Below, one piece after another: positions 49,760-60,400 of a DNA stretch of 64,000 nucleotides. Location: positions 224,001-288,000 of the forward strand of contig CANJVR010000004.1 of NCBI GenBank assembly GCA_947478395.1, in the 5' to 3' direction. The translations under genes and the position numbers were made by a program. The first letter of the stretch is position 1. The number at the start of each line of letters is the position of its first letter. Source of the DNA: Opitutia bacterium (GTDB taxonomy: Bacteria; Verrucomicrobiota; Verrucomicrobiia; Opitutales; Opitutaceae). The notes beneath the pieces are model-generated. The model was given only the letters and a program-made list of their open reading frames with translations, did no database searches and was not told where the DNA came from.

Positions 49760-51268
49760 GTGAACGCCAAAACATTTCTCTTCCTTGCTGGTTCGATGGC
49801 TGCGGCTGGCTTGATCCGACCAAGTCTTTTGGCCCGGGAATTTTTGGTGCAAGACCGTGCCCAGCTTAAAATCGCGTTGCAAAGCGTGAAGGCCGGCGAC
49901 GCGGTCGTGCTCAAAAACGGCGATTGGACGGACACGCAGATTTTGGTGTCGGCCGGCGGCGAGACCGGGAAGCCGGTCGAGGTCCGGGCGGAAACGCCCG
50001 GAGGGGTGGTGTTACGCGGGTCTTCGTCCCTGGCGATTAATGCGCCGTACGTGACCGTCGATGGGCTCCTTTTCCTCGGCGGAGCGATCGCCTCCGATGC
50101 CGTGATCCAGTTTAATTCGCACCACGGCATCGTGCGCGCCACGGCGGTCGTCGATTACAATCCCGCCGATTTCGCGACCAAGTATTATTGGGTTTTCTTT
50201 CGCGGCGACGACAACGTCCTCGAGCGCTGCTATTTCAAGGGTAAGAACCATCTTGAGCCGGTGGTGGGGAACGAACTCGACGACAGCCGGCGCAATCGTG
50301 TGACGGGTTGTTATTTCAAGGACATCCCTTTCGCGCAGCAAAACGGCCGGGAAATCATCCGCGTGTGGGGCTCCGGGAAATACGAGGGCCGGGATGATGA
50401 CGGCGCGTTTTTCACCATCGAGGGCAACCTCTTCGACCACGCTGACGGCGAAGGCGCGGAGATCATTTCGCTCAAGTCTAATCACAACCAAGTGCTCCGT
50501 AACACGGTCGTCGCCACGCTGGGCTGCATCAATATCCGGCGCGGTAATTTCAATACCGTGCAGGGTAACATCCTGTTGGGTCAGGGCCGGGCCGGTGCGA
50601 TGGGCTTTAGAATGTCCGGGGAGCACAATCTCGTGCAGGGCAATCTCGCGTGGGGCTGCGCGTACGGGATCACGGTTTCGTGCGGCGAGTATATCGCCGA
50701 TGCGTTGACCAGCGGGTACCAGCCAAATCTAAAATCGCGGGGCACGGCGAAACAGAACAGTCGCGTGCCGACTTACCCGCAAAATCGGGATGTTACCATC
50801 GCCGATAATCTCATGATCGGAAATGCCGGCCCCGATCTCGAAATCGGCTCCAGCTACAAAAATCACTGGCCGGAATCCCAGCAAGTGCTGCTCCCCGAGG
50901 CGTGTGTGATCAGGAACAACCGGTTTGTGCGTCCGGCGGGCGGCGTTTCGGTCGCGGGGACCGTTCCCGAAACCGCGCCGCCGTTCGAGCGCTTTAAATT
51001 TCAGCCAAACCGGTTTGACGGAAACCTGCTTGTTGGCGGCCAGAATAGTTACGCGCCAGCCGCGGCGGGATGCGTTCCGCTCAAACTGCCGCTGGATTGG
51101 TCGGCTGTACTGGAGACGGCCAAATTCAAACCACTGACGCCGGACGAGGTCGGCCCGAGCTGGGTCATCGCGCGTCGGAAAGCCGGCGATACCTCGCTGG
51201 AAAAGCCATCCGTGATCTCTGCGCCTACGACGATCTCTCCAAAGAAAAAAGCCAAAGCAGGGAACTGA
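49760..51268 (+). CDS. Polysaccharide lyase family 6 (chondroitinase B-type beta-helix)
   Basis: AETPGGV, NGREIIRV, DGEGAEIISLKS, IRRGN, Asn-ladder repeats. Confidence 0.82.
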   Translation: MNAKTFLFLAGSMAAAGLIRPSLLAREFLVQDRAQLKIALQSVKAGDAVVLKNGDWTDTQILVSAGGETGKPVEVRAETPGGVVLRGSSSLAINAPYVTVDGLLFLGGAIASDAVIQFNSHHGIVRATAVVDYNPADFATKYYWVFFRGDDNVLERCYFKGKNHLEPVVGNELDDSRRNRVTGCYFKDIPFAQQNGREIIRVWGSGKYEGRDDDGAFFTIEGNLFDHADGEGAEIISLKSNHNQVLRNTVVATLGCINIRRGNFNTVQGNILLGQGRAGAMGFRMSGEHNLVQGNLAWGCAYGITVSCGEYIADALTSGYQPNLKSRGTAKQNSRVPTYPQNRDVTIADNLMIGNAGPDLEIGSSYKNHWPESQQVLLPEACVIRNNRFVRPAGGVSVAGTVPETAPPFERFKFQPNRFDGNLLVGGQNSYAPAAAGCVPLKLPLDWSAVLETAKFKPLTPDEVGPSWVIARRKAGDTSLEKPSVISAPTTISPKKKAKAGN

Positions 51269-51322
51269 AGAATCCAAACGCTGGCCGCCGCTTTTTTTGT
51301 TCTCGCCGAAATCTCATTCCCT

Positions 51323-52873
51323 ATGAAATCGCTCCTTCGCCTTGCTCCGGGCCTACTGGCCATCGCGTGCGTTCCTGCCGCCGTCGCCGCTGCGCCGCGC
51401 CCGAACATTCTTTTTATCGCGGTCGACGATTTGCGGCCGGAGCTGGGATGCTACGGTAAGACCTACATCAAGAGCCCGAACATCGACGCGCTGGCAAAGT
51501 CCGGCATCGTGTTCAATCGCGCGTATGTTCAGCAAGCGGTGTGTTCGCCATCGCGAACCGCGGTGATGACGGGCGTGCGCCCCGACACCTCGAAAGTTTG
51601 GGACTTGTTGACGTCGTTTCGGACCGCATTGCCGAACGTGGTCACGCTCGGTGAGCAGTTCAAAAAAAGCGGGTACTTCGTTCAAGGGGTGGGGAAGATT
51701 TATCATCCGGGCCTGAACGACGAAGCGACGTGGTCGGTGCCGTGGATCGATCCCAAGGCCCCCGTCTATGCGTTGCCGGAAAACGAAGCGTTCAGCAAAG
51801 CGCCGGTGGACGATGATGCACCGTTGGTGGCCGACGCGGAGCCCAAGGTCAAAAAGGGCGCGAAAGGTGCAGATAAAAACAAAGTCCCGAAAGCGGCGAG
51901 CGTGGCGAACTCGCGCGGCCCCGTTTCTGAATGCGCCGATGTGCCGGATAATTTTTATGAAGACGGCAAGATTGCCGATCTTGCGATCAGCGACTTGCAG
52001 GCGATGAGTAAACAGGCGGGCCCGTTCTTCCTCGCGGTGGGCTTCCGCAAACCGCATCTGCCGTGGGTGGCGCCGAAGAAATATTGGGATCTCTACCGGC
52101 CGGCGGAAATCGATCTCGCTCCCAATCCATTTCTGCCCACCGACGCTCCGGGCTACGCGATCAACCCCAACGACGGTGAGATGCGCGCTTACAAAGGTGT
52201 GCCGCCGACGGGTCCGATCGCGCCGGAGCTGGCCCGTACGTTGAAGCAGGCTTACTTCGCCAACGTGAGCTACACCGACGCTCAGATCGGCAAGGTGCTG
52301 GCCGAGCTGGATCGGCTGGGTCTGCGTCAAAACACGATCATCGTGCTTTGGGGCGATCACGGCTGGAAACTCGGCGAGCACGCCGCGTGGGGCAAACACA
52401 CCAACACCGAGAATGATACCAACGCGCCTTTGCTCGTCTCCGTCCCTGGCATGAAAAACGCCGGTGCGCATGCCGATGGTTTGGTCGAGTTCGTCGATAT
52501 CTATCCGACGCTATGCGACCTCGCGGGCGTGCCGTTGCCGAAGGAACTCGAAGGCCTGAGCTTTAAGCCGCTGCTCTCCGAGCCCACGAAGCCGTGGAAG
52601 CAGGCCGCGTTTAGCCAGTACCCGCGCAACGGCGGGAAAACCGGCGTCGGCCAGCTCATGGGCTATTCGATGCGCACCGATCGCTACCGGCTCACCGTTT
52701 GGGTCGCGCGGGACAATCACGTCAACGTCGACGCCGTAGAGCTCTACGATCATCAGACCGATCCGCAGGAAAACGTAAACATCGCCAAACTCCCCGCCAA
52801 CGCCCCGCTCGTGGAGCAACTGCTGGCGCAGTGGCGCAGCGGCTGGCAGGCCGCATTGCCGCAGCGTTCTTGA
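51323..52873 (+). CDS. Sulfatase, iduronate-2-sulfatase-like, paralogue of 46080-47615
   Basis: IAVDDLRP, VCSPSRTAVMTG, KPHLPW, WGDHGWKLGEH. Confidence 0.92.
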   Translation: MKSLLRLAPGLLAIACVPAAVAAAPRPNILFIAVDDLRPELGCYGKTYIKSPNIDALAKSGIVFNRAYVQQAVCSPSRTAVMTGVRPDTSKVWDLLTSFRTALPNVVTLGEQFKKSGYFVQGVGKIYHPGLNDEATWSVPWIDPKAPVYALPENEAFSKAPVDDDAPLVADAEPKVKKGAKGADKNKVPKAASVANSRGPVSECADVPDNFYEDGKIADLAISDLQAMSKQAGPFFLAVGFRKPHLPWVAPKKYWDLYRPAEIDLAPNPFLPTDAPGYAINPNDGEMRAYKGVPPTGPIAPELARTLKQAYFANVSYTDAQIGKVLAELDRLGLRQNTIIVLWGDHGWKLGEHAAWGKHTNTENDTNAPLLVSVPGMKNAGAHADGLVEFVDIYPTLCDLAGVPLPKELEGLSFKPLLSEPTKPWKQAAFSQYPRNGGKTGVGQLMGYSMRTDRYRLTVWVARDNHVNVDAVELYDHQTDPQENVNIAKLPANAPLVEQLLAQWRSGWQAALPQRS

Positions 52874-52889
52874 ATTACACTACTAAATT

Positions 52890-54131
52890 ATGAGATCAGT
52901 AACCTTCGTCATCACTTGGTTTGCCGTGGTCGGGCTTATCGCTGCGCGCGCCGCAGACGCCCCGCGCACTTTTCTTTTGTCCGCCCCGGCGCTCGTCGCG
53001 GCGAAAGCGAGTCTCGACCGGGGTGAACCCGGCTTGCAGCCCGCACTCGTGGCATTGCGGGCCGAGGCTGATCGCGCTCTCGCGCGGCCGGCGCGCTCGG
53101 TCATGGACAAAACCACGACGGCCTCGACCGGAGACAAACACGATTATTTCAGCTATGGTCCGTACTGGTGGCCCGACCCCGCGAAACCGAACGGACTTCC
53201 TTACATCCGGCGCGACGGCGAGATCAACCCGGCCGCCCGGCAAGGTTGCGACGATCAGGAGTTCAGCCGCCTGACCACCGCGGTCGACACCCTGAGCCTC
53301 GCGTATTGGTTTACGCGGGACGAACGGTACGCGGAGCAAGCGGCTAAATTAGCCCGGGTATGGTTTCTCGAACCGGCCACGCGCATGAATCCCAATCTTG
53401 AGCACGCGCAGGCGATCCCGGGAATCAATGATGGCCGTGGCATCGGCATCATCGAATCCCGGCGGTTGGCGACGATCGCGGAAAGTCTGTCACTGCTGGC
53501 GGGTTCGCGCGCCTGGGCTTCCGCCGATCAGGAGGCGTTCCGCACCTGGCTCGCCGCGTTCTATTCCTGGCTCACGACCAGCAAAAATGGCCGCGACGAA
53601 CACGGGGAGCTAAACAATCACGGCTCCTGGTACGATTTCCAATCCGCGCACCTCGCGCTCCAACTTGATCGCCGCGATGACGTCAAAAAGATCCTGACGG
53701 AAGGCCTCACACTTCGACTCGCCAGTCAGGTTCAGCCCGACGGTTCGCAACCGCGGGAACTCGCCCGCACCAAGTCGTTCGACTATTCATTGTTCAACCT
53801 CGAGGCGTTGTTTGGGTGTGCGCAACTGGCGCGTCACGTGGGAGTGGATTGGTGGTCGTTCGCCACGCCTGACGGTCGGAGTCTTCGCGCTGCGCTCAAT
53901 TACGTGGCGCCGTATATGGATCCGCACTTGGAGTGGCCGAAGAAGGATTTGCACGACGCCGACCGCACACGGTTGGTGCCCTTGGTCGATCTCATGCTCC
54001 AGCACGGCGAAGACGCCTCGTTGCGCCGCGTCTACGAAAAATTTTCGGAAACTTCGGGTGCGGATGCTCGCTGGCGTCTGACTGAGAACCGGCCGTTTGC
54101 CCGCGCGGCCGCGCGGCCCGCGGGTCCGTGA
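52890..54131 (+). CDS. Alginate-lyase-domain polysaccharide lyase (PL38-like)
   Basis: GDKHDYFSYGPYWWPDP, LPYIRRDG, TRMNPNL, NNHGSWYD, ELARTKSFDYSLFNL. Confidence 0.82.
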   Translation: MRSVTFVITWFAVVGLIAARAADAPRTFLLSAPALVAAKASLDRGEPGLQPALVALRAEADRALARPARSVMDKTTTASTGDKHDYFSYGPYWWPDPAKPNGLPYIRRDGEINPAARQGCDDQEFSRLTTAVDTLSLAYWFTRDERYAEQAAKLARVWFLEPATRMNPNLEHAQAIPGINDGRGIGIIESRRLATIAESLSLLAGSRAWASADQEAFRTWLAAFYSWLTTSKNGRDEHGELNNHGSWYDFQSAHLALQLDRRDDVKKILTEGLTLRLASQVQPDGSQPRELARTKSFDYSLFNLEALFGCAQLARHVGVDWWSFATPDGRSLRAALNYVAPYMDPHLEWPKKDLHDADRTRLVPLVDLMLQHGEDASLRRVYEKFSETSGADARWRLTENRPFARAAARPAGP

Positions 54132-54256
54132 TCGGCCGTTTGAGGGCAATTGTTGGCGGAACTGGGGCGACTCGGTTTTTTCCCTTCGCCGTGGACGCGT
54201 TGGTTGAGTTTCGATGCGGTTGCTCGCCGTAGAGCAACCGCTTCCCAGCTAATCTC

Positions 54257-56518
54257 GTGACCATTTCAAAGATTTTTTCCGGCAAATATCGGTGGTGGAG
54301 AATCGTGGCCGGCCTCGCAGTGGCCTATTCGCTTTCGGTTTCGATTTGGTATTTCTCGCACGCGACGCGGGGCGGAAACCCAACTAAACTTGCTTCCACG
54401 GGTGCCGCACGAGCCAGCGGCGAGATGGCGAAATCGACCGATTGCCGAAAGTGTCACGAGGAAATTTTCAAAACATGGTCTGCGTCGGACCACGCCTTGG
54501 CCCATCGTCCGGTCGACGCAAAGTCCGATGCCGATGCGTTTCAACCGACCAGCGCATTTGAACTTCACGGCGTAAATTACCGGACCGGCTGGGAAAACGG
54601 CCGGCCGGCGCTTTCGGAATCTCAGCCTGGCGCGTCGGCCCACCGTTTCACCGCCGAATTCGTCATGGGGTACAAACCGTTGCGGCAGTATATCGCTCCG
54701 ACCGAGGGCGGGAGGTACCAAGCGGTGGAGCTCGCCTTCGATCCGCTTAAAAAAGAATGGTTCGACGTGTTCGGCGACGAACGGCGTCGCCCGGGCGAAT
54801 GGGGCCATTGGACGGGTCGGGGCATGAACTGGAACTCGATGTGCGCCGTCTGCCATCTCACGAATTTCCAGAAGAACTACAGCGCGGCGACGGATACCTA
54901 TGCGTCGACGTGGAGCGAACACGGAATCGGTTGCGCCCAGTGTCATGGTGAGATCGCCGCGGACCACGGTCGGGGTCTTCCCGCGATTTCGACGAATCCT
55001 GAAATCGTGGCGGCGCGAAAGCTGCGTGCGCAGGAAACATGCGCTCCGTGTCACGCGCGCAACGAAATGCTGACGGGCGATATTCAACCCGGCCGCAGCT
55101 ATTCCGATCACTACCGGCTCGCCTTGCCGGTGGAGGCGGGAGTGTTTTACGCCGACGGCCAGATGAGGGAGGAGGATTTTAACTACACGTCATTTCTCAC
55201 GAGCAGAATGGGCGGCAAGGCCGGGGTCACCTGCCTCGATTGCCATGATTCCCACAGCGGCAAGCCGCGGTTGCCCGTGGAAAATAATGCGCTCTGCCTG
55301 CAGTGCCACACCACGCCGGGCACCATGAATGCTCCGGTGATCGATCCGACCGCGCATTCCCACCATGCTTCCGAAAGCACCGGCAATCGTTGCGTCTCAT
55401 GTCACATGCCGACGACGGTTTTCATGCAGCGTGATCCGCGTCACGATCATGGCTTTCTCCGGCCGGATCCGCTGCTGACGAAGGAGCTGGGCATCCCCAA
55501 CGCCTGCAACCGGTGTCACGCGGACCAATCCACCGACTGGGCGATCGCCGCGACCACGAACTGGTACGGGGGCAAGATGGAGTCTCGCCAGCGCGAACGA
55601 ACGCGGGCGGTCGCCGCTGCTCAGGCGGCGGCGCCGGACGGAGCCGCGAAACTATTGGCGTTGGCCGCCTCGGAACAAGTCCCCGCGTGGAAAGCGACGT
55701 TGCTTTCGTTGACCCGCGCGTACGAAACCGAAACCGAAGTCGTCGCGGCTGCGGCTCAGGCGCTCAACGACGGCGAGCCGCTCGTTCGTTCGGCTGCGGT
55801 TCAGGTGCTCGCCGCGCGAGGAGACCAATCGTCGCAATTGCGGCCCCGGTTGAAGGATCCCTCCCGTCTGGTGCGCCTCGATGCGGAATTCGCGCTGTCG
55901 AATGAGCTCCCGGAAAATTCGGTGGAGCGCCGCGAACTTGACGCCTACTTGGCGACGTCGGCCGATCAGCCCGCGGGCCGCATGCGGTGGGGGCAGGACC
56001 TGTTCAATCGTGGCCGCGCGGCCGAAGGTGAGGCGCAGCTGCGTCAGGCGATCGCCTGGGACCCGAATTCTCCGGGCATTCACGATGCGCTGGGCGCTGG
56101 ACTCCATTCGCTCAACCGTGAAAAAGAGGCGGCGGGGGAATTCTGGCGCGCCGCGCAACTTCAACCCGCCGACGGGGACGCCGCCTTTCGCGCGGCTTTG
56201 GCGTTTGCCGGGGCGGGACAATTGTCCGACGCCGAACTCGCCCTGCGTGAGACGATCCGGCGCGACGCGCGGCACGATCGCGCGTGGTATAATCTTGGCC
56301 TGCTCCTCGCGCAAACCGATCGGGTCCCGGCTGCGCTCGATGCGTTGCACTCGGCTGAAGCCATCGCGCCGACGGTCCCCGATTACCCGTACGCGGAAGC
56401 GACGATAAAGTGGGAGCGCCGGGATCGGGTGGGTGCAGCGGCGGCGGCGCGCCGGGTGCTGGCGATCGATCCGAATCACCGGTTGGCGCGCGAGCTTTTG
56501 CGGGCGACCGGCGGTTGA
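54257..56518 (+). CDS. Octaheme c-type cytochrome with HEAT and TPR repeats
   Basis: N-terminal TM; eight CxxCH (CRKCH, CAVCH, CAQCH, CAPCH, CLDCH, CLQCH, CVSCH, CNRCH); C-terminal AWYNLGLL-type repeats. Confidence 0.88.
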   Translation: MTISKIFSGKYRWWRIVAGLAVAYSLSVSIWYFSHATRGGNPTKLASTGAARASGEMAKSTDCRKCHEEIFKTWSASDHALAHRPVDAKSDADAFQPTSAFELHGVNYRTGWENGRPALSESQPGASAHRFTAEFVMGYKPLRQYIAPTEGGRYQAVELAFDPLKKEWFDVFGDERRRPGEWGHWTGRGMNWNSMCAVCHLTNFQKNYSAATDTYASTWSEHGIGCAQCHGEIAADHGRGLPAISTNPEIVAARKLRAQETCAPCHARNEMLTGDIQPGRSYSDHYRLALPVEAGVFYADGQMREEDFNYTSFLTSRMGGKAGVTCLDCHDSHSGKPRLPVENNALCLQCHTTPGTMNAPVIDPTAHSHHASESTGNRCVSCHMPTTVFMQRDPRHDHGFLRPDPLLTKELGIPNACNRCHADQSTDWAIAATTNWYGGKMESRQRERTRAVAAAQAAAPDGAAKLLALAASEQVPAWKATLLSLTRAYETETEVVAAAAQALNDGEPLVRSAAVQVLAARGDQSSQLRPRLKDPSRLVRLDAEFALSNELPENSVERRELDAYLATSADQPAGRMRWGQDLFNRGRAAEGEAQLRQAIAWDPNSPGIHDALGAGLHSLNREKEAAGEFWRAAQLQPADGDAAFRAALAFAGAGQLSDAELALRETIRRDARHDRAWYNLGLLLAQTDRVPAALDALHSAEAIAPTVPDYPYAEATIKWERRDRVGAAAAARRVLAIDPNHRLARELLRATGG

Positions 56519-56553
56519 CGCGACGCCCGCGGCGTAGGTCACAACCATTATTT

Positions 56554-56637
56554 TGGTGCCCGGGACAGGACTCGAACCTGCACACCTTACGGCAAAGGCT
56601 TCTAAGACCTTCGTGTCTGCCATTCCACCACCCGGGC
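56554..56637 (-). tRNA. tRNA-Leu (anticodon TAG)
   Basis: GCCCGGG acceptor stem, anticodon arm AAGGT-CTTAGAA-GCCTT, long variable arm, GGTTCGAGTCC T-loop, encoded CCA. Confidence 0.97.
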
Positions 56638-57103
56638 GAGACGGGAGAGAGTGCCGAGCCGGCCGCGGCAGACGCAAGCGGGGAAATCTGCCCTAAGAAC
56701 GCGCGGATGTTCGGGCCGGCCAAGCGCGCTTATGGCTCCTCGCGTCCATGCCTGGGTTTAAAATTTTTTCGCATGCGTCCGACCGCTGGACCGCCGACCT
56801 TCTCGGCGATTTCCAGCTTTTCAAGCGGGCCATTGGCGTGGTTTGGCCGGCGATTTTGAGCCGAAACAATGCTCCGGTTAGCCTCAAGGCGCCGCCACAC
56901 TCGTCGAGCAAGGCGTGCGGCTTACGCCCGAGGGCGCGGTTCGCGCGGGGATTGAGGTGTTGAGGGCCGGGCTTGCCCTCGACCCCGCGAGCCGCACCAG
57001 CGGCGCCGGGAAAAGCGAAATCTTGAACCTACTTGTCTACGGCCGTCGGCTGACGAAGGTATTCTGCTGAAGCCCCGCGCTACTGATAAATTATTTTCCC
57101 CCT

Positions 57104-57418
57104 ATGATTCGCAAAGCCTTTGTCATGTCAGTCCACGCCGGCCACGAGGCCGAGTACGCCCGCCGGCACCAGCCGATCTGGGCCGAACTCGAAGCCGTGC
57201 TCAAAGCGCATGGCGTGCATAACTACTCCATCTTCCTGCATCCGGAAACGCGCCAGCTTTTCGGTTACGCCGAAATCGAGAGCGAAGCGCGCTGGGCGTC
57301 GATCGCGCAGACCGACGTTTGCCAGCGTTGGTGGAAACACATGGGCGATGTCATGCCCAGCAATCCCGATCACAGTCCGGTGTCGCGCGGCCTGGATGAA
57401 GTTTTCCATATCGATTGA
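57104..57418 (+). CDS. rhaM: L-rhamnose mutarotase
   Basis: [38 protein letters not shown]. Confidence 0.93.
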   Translation: MIRKAFVMSVHAGHEAEYARRHQPIWAELEAVLKAHGVHNYSIFLHPETRQLFGYAEIESEARWASIAQTDVCQRWWKHMGDVMPSNPDHSPVSRGLDEVFHID

Positions 57419-57446
57419 GCGCGGGCGCGCCGCCGACGTTGCCGCC

Positions 57447-60400
57447 ATGAAATTTTACTCCCCCGTTTTTTGCGCGGCACTGTTTGCGGCGACCGTCGTC
57501 GGATCGGCGCAGACGCCCGCGGCGCTCAGGGTCACACCCAACCTCTCCGGCCAAATTGAGCATCCGCTGCGGTATCGCCCGGAAAACGGGGCGTTCGTAA
57601 TTGAAAATGGCACGGAGACGTTCAACCGCCCGCTCTACGGCGGTAACACCGCCTTCCGCGTCGACGGTGGCGACAAGCCGGAGTTTGTTCTCTATCTCCC
57701 CGGTCGCGGCGGTAACTTGCGCCTGGGGCTGTCCGGCGCGGCCGGCGCGAAGTGGCTGCTCGATGCGGCGCGCGTGACGACGAGTTACGTGCCCGGCGAA
57801 TTGCGTTACGAGATCCGTGATCCGCTGTTGGGGGCCGATGGCGTCTTGCGCCTAGCGGTCATCGCCTACGCGCAGACGGAAGGCGTGATCGTCCGGGCTG
57901 AATTGGAAGGGAGCCCGAGAACGGCTCCGCTCGAATTGGTCTGGGCCTACGGCGGCGTGAACGGCCAGCGCGGCACGCGCGACGGAGATATCGGCACGGA
58001 GCGCGTGCCGATCAGCGAATGGTTTCAGTTGCTGCCGGAATTTTGTCGTGACGATCGCATCGAGCTCGCCGCCGCCGGGGGATTTACGCTGCGCGCGAAA
58101 GCGGCGACGATCGTAGGCGTGGCGCCGGGCGCGCAAGCTGGTCTCGGCGACGCTAATCTCTGGCGTGATTTGCCGGCGCTGCTCGCATCGGTCTCGAACG
58201 CCCCGCTGACGTCGCTACCGGCCGATGCCTTGCGCGTGGTCGTCGGCCGGGCGCCGCTTGTCGCGCGAGAACCATTGTTGATTTCGTTGCAGCGCGTGGA
58301 GACCGCGGGGGCTGCACCGCAGGATCTTGAAACCTATCGCGAGGTCACGGCCGAGCGCCCGGGTGCGGTGAAGCGCGCTCCGACGAAGGTCGCGTTGCCG
58401 CCGGTGTTCCAGCCGGCCGATCTGCCGCGCGTCTTCGCCGAAAGCGCGGCGTATTTCCAAGCGTTGCGCACGCGCGTGACGATTGAAACGCCCGACGCCT
58501 ACATCAACGCGGCGGCCGCGGCGCTGAATGTCGCTGCCGATGCGGTTTGGGATGAGGCGCAGGGCGGCATCATGCACGGTGCGATCGCGTGGCGCACGCA
58601 GTTGCTCGGGTGGCGCGGGCCTTATTCGCTCGATGCGCTCGGCTGGAGCGATCGCGCCCGCAAAAATTTGCTGCACTGGTCAGCCCGGCAAAACACCGAT
58701 GCGATCCCGGCGAAACTTCCGCCGGCCGATGCCAACGCCAATCTCGCGCGCAGCGAAACGGCGCTGCACAGCAACGGCGACATGTCGAATTCCCACTACG
58801 ACATGAACGCCGTTTTTATCGACGGGCTTTTCCGCCATCTGCGCTGGACGGGCGACGTGGAGTTCGCCCGCACGATGTGGCCAGTGATCGAGCGGCATCT
58901 GGCGTGGGAACGCCGACTTTTCCGGCGCGAATTTGGCGCCCAAAAGTTGCCGCTCTACGAAGCGTACGCCGTCATTTGGGCGAGCGACGACTTGCAGTAC
59001 AGCGGCGGCGGGGCGGCCCACGCCTCGGCCTACAATTATTATCATAACCGCGAGGCCGCGCGACTGGCCCGATGGCTCGGCGTTGACGCGATTCCGTACG
59101 AGCGCGAAGCCCAAGCGATCGCCCAGGCGATGCGCGAGCTGCTGTGGATGCCGGAGCGAGGCACGTTCGCGGAGTCGAAGGATTTACTGGGCCGGCAGCT
59201 CGTGCATCCGAGCGCGGCGCTCTGGACGATTTACCACACGATTGATTCCGAAGTGACTACGCCCGCGGAGGCGTGGGCGATGACGAGGTACGTGGAGGCG
59301 AATCTTCCGCAATTGCCCGTGCGCGGTCCGGGCGTGCCGGCCGACGCGGACTATCACATGTACGCGTCGTCGGACTGGATGCCGTATTCATGGTCGATCA
59401 ACAACGTCGTCATGGGTGAAAACGTACACACGGCGCTGGCGTTTTGGGAAGCGGGCCGGTCCGAGGCGGCTTTCGAACTCACCAAAAGTTCGCTGCTCGC
59501 CTCCATGTTCATGGGCATTTGTCCGGGTAACGTCGGCTCGATGAACTACCTCGATGTTTACCGTCGCGAGTCGCAGCGCGATTTTGCCGACGGTAGCGGC
59601 GTGCTGTCGCGCGCGTTGATCGAGGGACTTTTCGGTGTGCGGCCGGACGCGCTCGCCGGCGAACTGAAAATTGCGCCGGGCTTTCCGGTCGCTTGGAACG
59701 ACGCGAAGCTGCGGCACCCGCAGGTCGGTTTTGAATTCCATCGCAACGCGCGAGCGGACACCTACGTCGTCGAGCCGCACTTCGCGAAACCGATGCAGGT
59801 GCGTTTCCAGCTGCCCGTGCTGGCGGCGACCGCGCAGGCCACGGTGAACGGAAAAGCGGTGACGGTGACTCGCCTGACCGGCCCGGCGGGCGCGGAGCGC
59901 ATCGAGATCACGTGTCCGGCGGCGTCACGGTCGGAGATCGCGGTGACCTGGTCGGGCGCGCGGGTGACTCCTCCGGCCGAGGTCGATCCCCGCCGGCGTT
60001 TCGCGAACCGATCGACGGCCGCCTCCGATCAGCCGGGGTCAGCCGTCCCGGCGAATTACGAAACGGTTGATTTGACGAAAACGTTCAACGATCGCGTGAC
60101 CGAAATTTTCCGCTTGGGGAAATACGTTTCGCCGCGTTCGCCGTATGTGTCGCTCGCGTTGCCGGCGCAAGGCATCGGAGCGTGGGCTGGCCACATGAAC
60201 GAAATGGCGGAGATCGACGATCGCGGTTTGCGCGCGGTGGCGGCGGCCAACGGCGGGAAGCTGACGCTGCCGAATGGCGTCCCTTTCGCGACGCCCGCGG
60301 CGGCGGATGCCAAGAACATCATTTTTGCGTCGCAGTGGGATAATTATCCGCGTGACGCGTCCGTGGCGCTGTCCGGTCGGGCGCGGCGATTGCACCTGCT

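Noticed and set aside
56936..56995. GC-rich hairpin upstream of rhaM as an ncRNA
   Set aside because: Single copy, compatible with chance folding at this GC content
57120..57446. Open frame of the DUF4450-like gene extending through rhaM, suggesting a frameshift fusion
   Set aside because: A clear signal peptide starts at 57447 and no slippery site is visible
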